A stretch of DNA of 49,367 nt from a virus. Its lineage: Duplodnaviria; Caudoviricetes. The notes beneath the pieces are model-generated. The model worked only from the letters and a program-made list of their open reading frames with translations, did no database searches and was not told where the DNA came from. The stretch covers positions 1 through 49,367 of the IMG/VR virus record IMGVR_UViG_3300043394_000752. One strand, written 5' to 3'. Below, piece after piece: positions 19,878-29,954 of the stretch. The stretch's first letter is position 1, and the number at the start of each line of letters is the position of its first letter. A program made the position numbers and the translations under genes.

Positions 19878-20308
19878 TTACCAGATGGAGCTAAACTATA
19901 AGCAATAACATCACCCACTCTTAAATTCTTAGGGTTGTTTTGTAATAAATCATTTGAATACATAATGTTTTCACTTGAATTACCACCTAATTTGTTTACG
20001 ATACCGTCAACAGTATCACCAGCTTTCACAACATATAGTTTATTTGTGCGGTCTTGATCCAATTCTCTCAATTTTTTAGTTGAGAATGCGTACTTAGCAT
20101 TCATCGCTGGTTTAATTTTTTTCATTTGATCAGAAACTTTGGCGTTCCCCCAAACATTCTTGTGGCTAGCGTCTTGTTTTTTCATAAACGCTGCCTCATC
20201 ATCTTGTTCAGCTAATGTATTTTTAGCGGCTAATGCTGCGCTTTCTTCATTGATTAATGCATCAATTACTGTTTTTACTTGTTTCTCTGTTAAAATGTAT
20301 TTCTTCAT
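19874..20308 (-). CDS. LysM domain protein with leader motif
   Basis: YVVKAGDTV.GI....N......NLRVGDVI; MKKYILTEKQVK leader. Confidence 0.75.
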   Translation of the reverse strand: MKKYILTEKQVKTVIDALINEESAALAAKNTLAEQDDEAAFMKKQDASHKNVWGNAKVSDQMKKIKPAMNAKYAFSTKKLRELDQDRTNKLYVVKAGDTVDGIVNKLGGNSSENIMYSNDLLQNNPKNLRVGDVIAYSLAPSGN

Positions 20309-20319
20309 GTTTATAAATA

Positions 20320-20949
20320 TTAGATTTTTTTAATAAAATTTGAGATATAACCTGATAATCTTTCTGATTTAGATAAGAAATATTTAAGATCACTCTCGCT
20401 TATTTTTTTGGGGGTGATATAATCGGCACCAATCGTACCAATTAATGAATCAGTTTCAATGTCAAATAATCCTTTTGACATTGCAGCTTTAGTACCAACC
20501 GATTCCAACGCCGATTTTAAACCATATGTTGATTTTTTATAATCATCAACGTTTTCGATTAAAATATGCGCACCGGATGATATGTGTTGTATTGATTTTG
20601 TGAATAATGAAACCGGTATATTGTTAAATACCATACCGATGCCAGAAACACCTGGTTTTTCTACTTCATATAATACTGAGAATTTTTGCATTGATCTTTT
20701 ACTATGTAAGAAATAACCACCATTATGAATTACAGTTATCCATACACGATCAGCATTTAATTTTTCTCTTATTTCTTCCAATTCTTCGTTTATGACACAA
20801 GATTGTTTTAATTCTTGTTTTACTGGGTCAATGACTTCTTCAGGTTTACTTACCTTAGCCTTAACGTATTCCACTACTGAAGGTCCAATCATTGCAGTGA
20901 TTAATGCAGCAATTAATGTCCCAGCCAGTTCAATTGTATGTTGATCCAT
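20320..20949 (-). CDS. membrane-anchored GAF-like domain protein (candidate T4-T-like holin)
   Basis: N-terminal TM helix; L.ADRV.I..IHNGG, KFS..YE, IGTIGADY. Confidence 0.55.
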   Translation of the reverse strand: MDQHTIELAGTLIAALITAMIGPSVVEYVKAKVSKPEEVIDPVKQELKQSCVINEELEEIREKLNADRVWITVIHNGGYFLHSKRSMQKFSVLYEVEKPGVSGIGMVFNNIPVSLFTKSIQHISSGAHILIENVDDYKKSTYGLKSALESVGTKAAMSKGLFDIETDSLIGTIGADYITPKKISESDLKYFLSKSERLSGYISNFIKKI

Positions 20950-21035
20950 ATTTTTATATTAACATAAATATGTTTTATAATGTAAATTATTCAATTATAT
21001 TTGCATATTAAACGGTTTTTAGGTATATTTCTATT

Positions 21036-21104
21036 ATGAGTATTATAATTAATTTTTTTGGTGGCCCAGGAATTGGATTTAGATGTATTTATTTTAAAAC
21101 ATAG
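21036..21104 (+). pseudogene. orphaned 5' stub of the P-loop kinase gene
   Basis: Translates MSIIINFFGGPGIG then runs into foreign sequence; matches IINFFSGPGAG of 21894-22475. Confidence 0.8.
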
Positions 21105-21106
21105 TT

Positions 21107-21937
21107 ATGAAAGAATATAAAAGAATTTGTCCAACTTGTAAAAAAGAACTAACACATAAACATTATGTGTCATTTAGGGTCTCTTTAAAAAAAAATAAAC
21201 CATGCAGCAAATGTGCTAATCTCGAACGTGCAAATAGAATTGATGAACGAGAAAAAAATAGCTTGAGACAACTAGGTAAACGAAAAGGAATTGAAAACCC
21301 ATTTTTCGGTAAAAAACACACAAATGAAACAAAACAAATAATCAAGGAAAAAAGGGGATATCAAATAATAACAAAAGGTAAAGATAATCCATTATTTGGA
21401 AAAACATTAGAAGAAATTGTTGGAACGGAAAAAGCAAATGAGATAAAATTAAAAAAATCAATAAATTATAGTGGTAAGGGTAACCCAATGTACGGAAAAC
21501 CATCCCCTAAAGGTAGTGGTAATGGTTGGTCTGGATGGTATAATGGGTGGTTTTTTCGTAGTTTATTGGAATTATCATACATGATAAACATAATTGAACG
21601 TTACCAATTGAATTGGCTTACAGGTGAGATTAAAAAATATAAAATAAACTATATTGATTATAAGGGAGTTGAACGTAATTATTTCCCTGATTTTATTATA
21701 AATGGGAAGTACATGGTGGAACTAAAACCTAAATCATTATTTAAATCAGATATTGTCATAAGAAAAAAAAACGCAGCAAAATTATTTTGTGAAAAAAATG
21801 ATATGACATATAAATTAACATGTGTTCCACTATTATCAAACGAAAAAATAAGTGAATTAATTGAAACAAAAAAAATAACATTAACTCAAAAATATGAAAG
21901 AAAATATAACGAAAACTATCGACACAAAAATAATTAA
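21107..21937 (+). mobile_element. free-standing homing endonuclease: Zn-ribbon + NUMOD3 repeats + TnsA-like PD-(D/E)xK domain
   Basis: CPTC..CSKC; three G..NP[FLM][FY]GK repeats; FRSLLE, YFPDF...VELKP. Confidence 0.75.
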
Positions 21938-22475
21938 TTTTTTTTCTGGTCCTGGTGCGGGAAAATCCACTTCAGCATCTGGGTTATTCTCAGAAATGAA
22001 AAAAAATAATATGAGTGTTGAATTGACATTCGAATTCCCAAAAATAATCGCATGGGAAGGTAATATGTCGGCAATACAAGACCAATTCTACATCACCGCC
22101 AACCAGCATAGGAATATTAGCCGCTTACACGGTAAAGTAGATTATATAATTGTCGATTCACCGATCATTTTAGGCCCAATATATAAAAACCGGTATAGTA
22201 ATGATGGCGACTACCCAGCATCTTTTTATGATGAATCTTTTGATCATTTTGTTTGGGGACTATTTAAAAAATATAAAAGCTTAAATATATTACTAACTAG
22301 AGACGATGCAACATATAATGAGAATGGAAGATTTCAAAATTTGGAAGAATCTAAAGAGATTGATTTGGAAATTAAAACCACACTTCTTACTAATAATGTA
22401 CCTTTTGTTGAATTTTCTGTTAATACTAATACCCCTTTGGAGATATTTAAGTATATAACAGAGAATAATATATGA
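21894..22475 (+). CDS. P-loop kinase (NadR/AAA_28-like)
   Basis: Walker A GPGAGKST; IIVDSP; YNENGRFQ..EES. Confidence 0.8.
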   Translation: MKENITKTIDTKIINFFSGPGAGKSTSASGLFSEMKKNNMSVELTFEFPKIIAWEGNMSAIQDQFYITANQHRNISRLHGKVDYIIVDSPIILGPIYKNRYSNDGDYPASFYDESFDHFVWGLFKKYKSLNILLTRDDATYNENGRFQNLEESKEIDLEIKTTLLTNNVPFVEFSVNTNTPLEIFKYITENNI

Positions 22476-23113
22476 AAAAACTTTTATTAATCGTTAGTAT
22501 TTTACTAATCGGAATTACAACTTACAGCCAAGACGTTGTGGTCTTAAAACACACTAATTTTACTTCACATTATAGTAAATCTAAACATTATCCGGTAATG
22601 GTTGAATGGTGGTTAACAAAAGCAAAGACGGCATGTGCCACACCATTAAAAAGAAAGGATAATTTTAAACCAGACCCATTATTAATTAAGGAAACAAATC
22701 TAGCGGCAGACTATGTTGGGAGCGGTACTGACCGAGGACATATGATGCCAGCGGCTGAAAATCTTTGTCAGACACCTGCAGTTCAAGACGAATGTTTTTA
22801 TTTTTCAAATATGGCAGCACAATATCATAGTTTAAATGCTGGTGATTGGAAAAGTGTTGAAACATTAGAAAGACAGATCGCAACAGAAAAAGATAGCGTT
22901 AAAATTTGGTGTGGTAATGTTGGCGAAATTAAAAAAATTGGAACGACTTCAGTACCCGCTAAATGTTGGAAAGTGATTTATGTCGTTAAAGGAAAAGAAT
23001 GGCAAGCATATCTTTTTGATAATAACACATCAAAACCAGATGGTATAAATAATAATAAAGTTCTTGTTTCAGATATTGAAAAATTAACTGGGTTTAAATT
23101 TTTAGTTAAATAA
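22472..23113 (+). CDS. DNA/RNA non-specific endonuclease (NucA/Serratia family) with signal peptide
   Basis: DRGHMMPA, FYFSNMAAQ..LN.G.W..VE, VP..CWKV; N-terminal Sec signal. Confidence 0.88.
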   Translation: MKKLLLIVSILLIGITTYSQDVVVLKHTNFTSHYSKSKHYPVMVEWWLTKAKTACATPLKRKDNFKPDPLLIKETNLAADYVGSGTDRGHMMPAAENLCQTPAVQDECFYFSNMAAQYHSLNAGDWKSVETLERQIATEKDSVKIWCGNVGEIKKIGTTSVPAKCWKVIYVVKGKEWQAYLFDNNTSKPDGINNNKVLVSDIEKLTGFKFLVK

Positions 23114-23114
23114 G

Positions 23115-23321
23115 ATGTTACAATTAAACCCAATGATACCAATTGTTAGGGTTAAAGATAAGATGGAAGGTTATGCTTTTTTGGTGATTGATTATTCACA
23201 AGAACATAACCTTTATTTTACATGTGCCATGTCAAATGGGGAGATTTGGACACTAAGTAACCAAGACATTAGATTCCAAAAAAACATATCTCTAAATAGA
23301 AATCCGATCGATACCAAATAA
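23115..23321 (+). CDS. hypothetical phage protein
   Basis: 68 aa, MLQLNP...IDYSQEH...GEIW. Confidence 0.75.
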   Translation: MLQLNPMIPIVRVKDKMEGYAFLVIDYSQEHNLYFTCAMSNGEIWTLSNQDIRFQKNISLNRNPIDTK

Positions 23322-23327
23322 CATTAA

Positions 23328-23705
23328 CTACGAATCTTCGTTAGTTTTTGGTTTCTTAACGGATTCTTTCCTTTTTCTTTTAGGTGCCGGTTTAGTGAAT
23401 TCAGTTATTGTATCAAAGTTATTGATGATGTCTGATAAAATTGCTGCGATTTCATAGTTTTCACTTTCTTCATTCCTAACCAGCATTGCGTTTAAGAATG
23501 ATTTGAATTGCGGTTCTGTTAGTTTTACCCTAGCTTCACTCGTTGTTTTAATCAGCTTATAAACGATATAGAGCACACTCATCTTTTTATCTTGAGCTAA
23601 TTTAAAGTAGTTATCTACTGGGACATTTGTAACAATTGTCTGTGTTATTTCAGAAATAAATCTAATAACAGATGGGTTGTTTAAATTGATGTTGGATGTT
23701 GCCAT
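23328..23705 (-). CDS. hypothetical protein (UVR-like motif)
   Basis: ENYEIAAILSD; ATG at 23705 after TATTTAT. Confidence 0.65.
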   Translation of the reverse strand: MATSNINLNNPSVIRFISEITQTIVTNVPVDNYFKLAQDKKMSVLYIVYKLIKTTSEARVKLTEPQFKSFLNAMLVRNEESENYEIAAILSDIINNFDTITEFTKPAPKRKRKESVKKPKTNEDS

Positions 23706-23782
23706 AACTGTTCGTTTATTAATAAATAGTTTATTGGTGTTTTTGAAACACAAAAAAGGGGACAAATGTCCCCAATTTTTTA

Positions 23783-24142
23783 CTATTTGGCCCACTTACC
23801 TCGGCTAACTATTTGAGCAATAATGCCATAAACAGATAAATCAGAATATGTGTCTTGAATTGATTCTCCAACGGTATCATCTTTTCCGAGGACCACCAAT
23901 TGTTTTAAACGTTGGATTTTATCATTCATTCTAAACCATAACCCTGTTTGAGATAGTTTCAAGTCCTCTGGGGTTTCTAATTTAGTCCCGACAGCAATGT
24001 TGTCCGGCCCGTAATTCAATTGTTTCTTACAGAACAACTCATATTGTTCGTTTAGAATCTTTTTAAACTCTGCGGTTGTTTCCGGATATCTCTCTTCGCA
24101 TTGTTTAATTGCTGACATTTTTTGTACTTTTTCTTCTGACAT
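23783..24142 (-). CDS. DUF1599 / nucleotide-modification-associated domain protein
   Basis: LF.KK..NYG, RMNDKIQRL, ESI.DT..DL..YGII. Confidence 0.75.
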   Translation of the reverse strand: MSEEKVQKMSAIKQCEERYPETTAEFKKILNEQYELFCKKQLNYGPDNIAVGTKLETPEDLKLSQTGLWFRMNDKIQRLKQLVVLGKDDTVGESIQDTYSDLSVYGIIAQIVSRGKWAK

Positions 24143-24212
24143 GATATTTATATTTTGTAGTGCAAGATACACAAAAATAAGAAAACTACAAAATTTTTAT
24201 AAAAATTTGATT

Positions 24213-24470
24213 ATGAATCCAAATATTAACAATGAAGCTGCGGCTCCAGAAGACAATTTTAAAACCAATATCCCAAAACATAAACAGTTAATTCAGATGT
24301 TATCATTTAGAGTTGTACCAGCATATTATAAGGAGATTGAAAAGGTAGCTAAAATCAAAAACGTATCAACATCTAAACTAATCCGTTCATACATTAAAGA
24401 TGGTATGAAAAGAGATAAAGAACTATCTAGTTCAGAGGAGAAAGGGTTTGATAACACTAATATGTTCTAA
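24213..24470 (+). CDS. ribbon-helix-helix DNA-binding protein
   Basis: LSFRV....YKEIEKVA....VSTSKLIRSYI pattern. Confidence 0.6.
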   Translation: MNPNINNEAAAPEDNFKTNIPKHKQLIQMLSFRVVPAYYKEIEKVAKIKNVSTSKLIRSYIKDGMKRDKELSSSEEKGFDNTNMF

Positions 24471-24521
24471 TTAACCACTTATTATAATAAAATAACCCCA
24501 CCTAATGAGTGGGGTTTCTTT

Positions 24522-24884
24522 TTACTTTCGCTTTTTAATTGTTTCCGAGTTAAACTCGCCGAGTTCTTCTTTACCCAGTTTAGTTAGAAAAAACACTTCT
24601 TCAGTATTTTCGTCTTCGTAAGATTCAATTAATCCATCCCGTTGTAAGGACCTAAGAGTGTCTTCAGCTATAGCCTCTTTAAGTATTTTTTCATATTCAT
24701 CTTCAGTAAAAAATCCATTATCATAATCCAACCCAGTGGTGATAAATTTTTGTGTTAATTCATCACAAAGTCGTTTTCTAAGGTAAGCATCGCTTTCAAT
24801 ATCAAAGTCAGTAAAAAACCCATCAGATGTTAGGGCTTCAATCATGATATCTGTAATCTCAATAATTTCCGGTAAATAACTCAT
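24522..24884 (-). CDS. hypothetical protein (winged-helix-like C-terminus)
   Basis: L..L...GLI.......F.LT.LG.E. Confidence 0.65.
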   Translation of the reverse strand: MSYLPEIIEITDIMIEALTSDGFFTDFDIESDAYLRKRLCDELTQKFITTGLDYDNGFFTEDEYEKILKEAIAEDTLRSLQRDGLIESYEDENTEEVFFLTKLGKEELGEFNSETIKKRK

Positions 24885-24967
24885 ATTAATTCATATATAA
24901 TAACAAATATAATAAAAATAAGTTTAAAATGTGCATCTTTTTCCTTATTTTTTTTAAAAATTATAAC

Positions 24968-26218
24968 ATGAACGATAACAAAATTTTCATTCAAATTGCG
25001 TCATATAGAGACCCACAATTAATATTGACACTTAGGGATTGTATTGATAAAGCAAAATACCCAGATAACCTAGTATTTTCAATTGCTTGGCAACATTCAG
25101 AAGAAGACGAATGGGACCATTTAAATGATTTCAAAGACGATCCAAGATTTAAAATAATCGACATTGATTATAAAGAATCACAAGGTGCATGTTGGGCGAG
25201 AAATAAATTACAACAAAATTACGATGGGGAAAAATACACATTTCAATTAGACTCACACCATCGATTTATTGAAAACTGGGATGAAGAATGCATTGAAATG
25301 ATTAAACAATTGCAAAGCAAGGGATATGAAAAACCATTATTAACAAGTTATATCTCTTCATTTAACCCAGAAAACGACCCGGCAGAAAGAAACCAAACAC
25401 CCTGGAAAATGAATTTTGATCGATTCATACCAGAAGGTGCCGTGTTCTTTTTACCTGCATCAATAGATAACCATAAAGATTTAACTGAGCCGATACCAGC
25501 TAGATTTTATTCAGCACATTTCTGTTTCACATTAGGTCAGTTTGCTATTGAAGTACAACATGACCCAAACTATTATTTTCATGGTGAAGAAATTTCAATT
25601 GCCGCTAGAGCATATACTTGGGGTTATGATTTATTTCACCCACATAAAATTATTGCGTGGCACGAATATACTAGACGTGGTAGAAGAAAACAATGGGACG
25701 ATGACACTAAGTGGTCTAATAAAAATACGGAGTCACATAGACGAAATAGAAAACTATTTGGTATGGATGGTGAAATAAGAGATATTGATTTTGGGATCTA
25801 TGACTTTGGTACCGTTAGATCATTAAAAGATTACGAAAAATATGCTGGGATCTCATTTAGTAAACGCGCAGTACAAAAACACACTTTAGATAACTTATTA
25901 GCGCCAAACCCAGTATTAAGTGAAGATGAATTTGACGCGTCATTCTTAACTATTTTTAAACACTGTATTGATATAATGCCACATCAAGTTCCATTAGATG
26001 ATTATGATTTCTGGGTTGTCGCATTTGAAAATGAGAAGGGAGAGACGGTACATAGAAAAGATGCCGACGTTAATGAAATAAAAGGTTATAGAAACGACCC
26101 TGATGGTTATTATAAAGTTTGGCGTGAATTTCAAACTGAAACAAAACCAACAAAATGGGTTGTTTGGCCACATTCAATTAGTAAAGATTGGTGTGATAGA
26201 ATTACTGGAGATTTATAA
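24968..26218 (+). CDS. GT60-like GlcNAc transferase (Skp1 GlcNAc-T/Gnt1-like)
   Basis: IFIQIASYRDP, GACWAR, QLDSHHRF..NWD, F.GEEISIAARAYTWGYD. Confidence 0.85.
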   Translation: MNDNKIFIQIASYRDPQLILTLRDCIDKAKYPDNLVFSIAWQHSEEDEWDHLNDFKDDPRFKIIDIDYKESQGACWARNKLQQNYDGEKYTFQLDSHHRFIENWDEECIEMIKQLQSKGYEKPLLTSYISSFNPENDPAERNQTPWKMNFDRFIPEGAVFFLPASIDNHKDLTEPIPARFYSAHFCFTLGQFAIEVQHDPNYYFHGEEISIAARAYTWGYDLFHPHKIIAWHEYTRRGRRKQWDDDTKWSNKNTESHRRNRKLFGMDGEIRDIDFGIYDFGTVRSLKDYEKYAGISFSKRAVQKHTLDNLLAPNPVLSEDEFDASFLTIFKHCIDIMPHQVPLDDYDFWVVAFENEKGETVHRKDADVNEIKGYRNDPDGYYKVWREFQTETKPTKWVVWPHSISKDWCDRITGDL

Positions 26219-26219
26219 T

Positions 26220-27956
26220 ATGATTGAGATTAAAAAATGTTTTTATCTAAATTTAGATAGAAGAACTGATAGGAAACGGCATATTGAAAACGAAATAAGT
26301 AAAACAAATTTAGTCGATTTATGTGAACGGTTCCCAGCAATTAATGGGCTTGGTGTTCATCCTAGAGATTTACCAGAAGGATTAATTACCCAGAACGCGT
26401 TAGAAGATATATTATCTGACACCATTACCGCATGGGGGTTGTCAATTACCCAAGGGGGGTTAGGTGTTTTATTGTCTTACCTTGAAATGTTTAAAATAAT
26501 TTCTAAGTTAGACGGTTCTGTTATTATTTTTGAAGACGACACCGTCATTTCCGATGATTTCAATATTGAAATGAATAAGATATTGACGGAACTACCTGAC
26601 GATTATGATATTTGTTATTTGGGTCATGGGGATATTAAGGTTAAGAAAACACCATTCAGCGATTCATTATCTATCCCAAAAGGGATGATTGTTTGTTTAC
26701 CTGGATTAATAGTTTCGCCAAACGGAGCTAATAAAATGTTGAATTTATTAAAAAATGTCGATAACCAATTTGATACCGCATTATACAATATATTACCAAA
26801 ATTAAATGCGTTTGTTTCAAATAAATTAATAGCCCAAGTTAAAAACCAATTTCAAACTGACATACAGGGTAACAATAGTTGTAAAAAAGAGTATGTTAAA
26901 CAAAACTATATTATCTCAACATTAGCATATGGGGAAGGTGCAAATCAAAACGCAATGAAGTTAGCTAGAGATTTAAAATTCTTTAACCAAGACTTAATAG
27001 TGGTCACCAATAAAGAAGGGTTTTTTAATGGGATGAGTAATGTAATTGAAATCAAATATCCTGGTGATGTTTTCTCGTACAATAAAAAAATAATTTGTAT
27101 TGAAGAGGGACTAAAAAGACAGGACGCTGTAGTTTATATTGATTCAGATGCCAGGATGTTCTATGAAACATATAAGAACGCATTCACTAATTTTTTTGTT
27201 AACATAAAGCCAGGTTTTCACGTATCTTGGGATTGGGGTAAAATAACTAGAGAAGATAGTAGGTTTTTTACAAGTAAAGATGTTAGAAACCGAATACCGG
27301 GTTATGGTGAAATGGCGTTAGAACTTGCAACACAATTAGATATCGATATTGATTCCGCATCACATTATCAAGAAGGTATTATTATCGTTTCAAAAGATAA
27401 TGGTAAGGAAGAAATGTTTTTAGATATTTGGAAATTATTTGCAGAAAGATTAGATAGTTTTGAATTTGGAAAAGGTGTGAATAGATTGGGTGTTGGTGAG
27501 GGTAATTTAATTGGGTTAGCATTAACTGCTAGCGGTATTAAAATTAATGGGCCAGAGATGTGTAATTTATTTGGTGAAAATCTTAAATATAATTTTTGGG
27601 GTATCTATAAACAAGATTATATTAAGAATTTTCCAAATAGGAAAATAGTTAAGTCCTCTGAAAACACCGTAATATTTGAAAATGAAACACTCATTGATTT
27701 TGACAATAGGAAAGTGTCATTATCATATGTTTTATCAGAAATTGAACCTGGTTTATTATCAATAGCGTTCGAATGGAATAAGAATAATGCAGTTGAGTTT
27801 TTAGATCATGAATTTAGAATTGGTGATGAGGTTTTTCATTTTAATAGTGACAAAAACAACGAATTTTATTTTGAAAATAGAACGAATTTAATAATTGAAC
27901 ATACATATGATTGGTATGGTCAACGAAACTGGACCGAACTTTCAAGACATGAATAA
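26220..27956 (+). CDS. multi-domain glycosyltransferase (GT25 + GT-A domain)
   Basis: LNLDRRTDR, RFPAING, IFEDD, D.CYLG; second domain YIDSD. Confidence 0.8.
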   Translation: MIEIKKCFYLNLDRRTDRKRHIENEISKTNLVDLCERFPAINGLGVHPRDLPEGLITQNALEDILSDTITAWGLSITQGGLGVLLSYLEMFKIISKLDGSVIIFEDDTVISDDFNIEMNKILTELPDDYDICYLGHGDIKVKKTPFSDSLSIPKGMIVCLPGLIVSPNGANKMLNLLKNVDNQFDTALYNILPKLNAFVSNKLIAQVKNQFQTDIQGNNSCKKEYVKQNYIISTLAYGEGANQNAMKLARDLKFFNQDLIVVTNKEGFFNGMSNVIEIKYPGDVFSYNKKIICIEEGLKRQDAVVYIDSDARMFYETYKNAFTNFFVNIKPGFHVSWDWGKITREDSRFFTSKDVRNRIPGYGEMALELATQLDIDIDSASHYQEGIIIVSKDNGKEEMFLDIWKLFAERLDSFEFGKGVNRLGVGEGNLIGLALTASGIKINGPEMCNLFGENLKYNFWGIYKQDYIKNFPNRKIVKSSENTVIFENETLIDFDNRKVSLSYVLSEIEPGLLSIAFEWNKNNAVEFLDHEFRIGDEVFHFNSDKNNEFYFENRTNLIIEHTYDWYGQRNWTELSRHE

Positions 27957-28722
27957 TTACGCATTTTGTACCTTAGTGTACGGGGAAAAATACACTGAAT
28001 TAAGTAAAACGTTAATAGAACAATTAACATCATTAGGTGAGACAATTTTTGTTTACACCGACCAACCAAATAAATTTCTGAACAATGATTTAGTTAAAGT
28101 AATACCATATACTAAACCATATTTTTCATTTCACGAGAAACTAACGGTAATGAAAGAATGTTTAAAATATTATGAAACTGCCGTGTTTTTAGATGCTGAT
28201 GTTGTATTGAAAGATATTGACGATATGTCGTTTTTAAAAAATATAGACACCGGTTTACATATTTTTGCGACATTTGGAAATATAGGAGATACCTTCTTGT
28301 CAAATGATATTAACATATGTGACGATCAAACAAAAAGAAATACAAAATATGGTAATCAAGGGAAAGAATTATTAAATAAGCTCAATTACAAATATAAAAA
28401 ACAATACCATAAAAATATGCCAGAAGATTATCTTGAACATTATTTAGAAGGTAAATGGATAATTAAAAAGGATAATGGAAATGAAGAAAAGTTCTTTAAC
28501 ATATGGGAAAATATTGCACCATTTTGCGAAGAATTTGACATAAAACAAAACTATGTAAACAATGTTGGTGCCGGCGAAGGTTCGGTAATGTCAATTGCGT
28601 GTTATAATAGTGGAATAAACTATAAAGGGGTAAGTCCATTGGTATCTATTTTCAATGCTCACTTTATCTCTAATTACAAAGAAAAAACAGAGGGAACAAA
28701 ACCATGGAATATAGCGGGATAG
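27949..28722 (+). CDS. GT-A fold glycosyltransferase
   Basis: FLDADV DxD motif; paralogous to the middle domain of the previous gene (KDNG.EE.F..IW, G.GEG). Confidence 0.7.
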   Translation: MNNYAFCTLVYGEKYTELSKTLIEQLTSLGETIFVYTDQPNKFLNNDLVKVIPYTKPYFSFHEKLTVMKECLKYYETAVFLDADVVLKDIDDMSFLKNIDTGLHIFATFGNIGDTFLSNDINICDDQTKRNTKYGNQGKELLNKLNYKYKKQYHKNMPEDYLEHYLEGKWIIKKDNGNEEKFFNIWENIAPFCEEFDIKQNYVNNVGAGEGSVMSIACYNSGINYKGVSPLVSIFNAHFISNYKEKTEGTKPWNIAG

Positions 28723-29798
28723 AAATACACACATTAATTTGCAACAAAGATTTACTGTTAGCAATCAATAATTTTAAGTCATTACAAAAGTTCGAAAAAT
28801 TTGCCGACATGCCGGTTTACTTACATGATGACGGATCTTTAACGAATTCCGACATCGAAGCATTAAGTGTAATTAAAAATATAATTGTCATCAAACGTTC
28901 GGATGCTGATGAAATGATAAAACCATTTATTGAAAACCACCCAAATTGTAAGAGTTATCGTTTAGGTAGTAGTCATATCAATTTATGGCATAAAATAAAA
29001 CTATTTGATTATTTCTTCTTTTCAAAAACTAAGAAAGTTTTAGGTATGGATACCGATCTTTTATTTTTAAGAAAACCAGAAGATGTTATCAAGTATATTA
29101 AAACTGAAACCCCATTTTACTATCCAGATGTACAGAGTGCATATTCATTTAACGAACCAAAAGAAGAAATTCCAGTTTTAGAGAGGGTTAATACCGGATT
29201 GATTTATATACCATCAGAAGATTATTTCAATATGGATGCGATAGAAAATGCACTAGGTAATTTATTGAAAAATGGTGTGAATTACTTCCCATCTTGGATT
29301 GAGCAATCGGCATTTGCACATATGTTTAAAGTAGACGGTAGATATGTTTCGTTAAGATCTGACGCATATAGAATACCCTATTTCCAACCAATCGACATTA
29401 AGATAACCGAATGCTTACACTTTGTTAGTTATCCTGCCGTTAGAGACACATATAAGGGTTATTTAGAGTACTTAGAGTTTAGTTCAGGTGATCTTATTAA
29501 TGAAACTAGTTTTGTTGTTAATTTCAAAGAAATGGAAATACCGGTTACCTTGTCGATATTCAAATGTGAAGGGATGTATAATTTCGAATATTACTGGGGA
29601 TTAGAACAAGTTGAACAAGAATTTTTAGATCACATATTTGAAATAACCACCGATGAAGGTGTTGTAGTTAAAAAATTACAATCAAATAAAAACGGGTTCT
29701 TTGTGTTAAACACTAAGTCAAATACGATCGCAATTAGACATTCTTATGATTGGTATGGTGATACCGATTTTAAAGAAATAACAACAATTAGTTTATAG
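28704..29798 (+). CDS. GT-A fold glycosyltransferase
   Basis: HDDGSL, KLFD, MDTDLLF, NTGL, EQSAF, HF. Confidence 0.75.
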   Translation: MEYSGIEIHTLICNKDLLLAINNFKSLQKFEKFADMPVYLHDDGSLTNSDIEALSVIKNIIVIKRSDADEMIKPFIENHPNCKSYRLGSSHINLWHKIKLFDYFFFSKTKKVLGMDTDLLFLRKPEDVIKYIKTETPFYYPDVQSAYSFNEPKEEIPVLERVNTGLIYIPSEDYFNMDAIENALGNLLKNGVNYFPSWIEQSAFAHMFKVDGRYVSLRSDAYRIPYFQPIDIKITECLHFVSYPAVRDTYKGYLEYLEFSSGDLINETSFVVNFKEMEIPVTLSIFKCEGMYNFEYYWGLEQVEQEFLDHIFEITTDEGVVVKKLQSNKNGFFVLNTKSNTIAIRHSYDWYGDTDFKEITTISL

Positions 29799-29813
29799 AA
29801 AAAAGAAAACCAC

Positions 29814-29954
29814 CTATTTGGTGGTTTTTTTATCTTCCGGTTTTTGTAAACCTTTTTTAGTTTCATCTACTTTCACATAATGGTTTTTTGTTGCCGTTTT
29901 GTGTTTTTCTAAGATTTTCTTCTTTTCTTCATCTGACATTCCGAATACATTCAT
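29814..29954 (-). CDS. small protein (46 aa, not in ORF track)
   Basis: MNVFGMSDEEKKKILEKHK..., same motif as the N-terminus of 44923-45315; start overlaps upstream stop. Confidence 0.55.
   Translation of the reverse strand: MNVFGMSDEEKKKILEKHKTATKNHYVKVDETKKGLQKPEDKKTTK

Noticed and set aside
21078-21960. Group I intron or intein in the kinase gene
   Set aside because: The insertion is almost all ORF, the stub has an in-frame stop, and no intron core or intein splice residues are seen; the duplicated 5' end explains it
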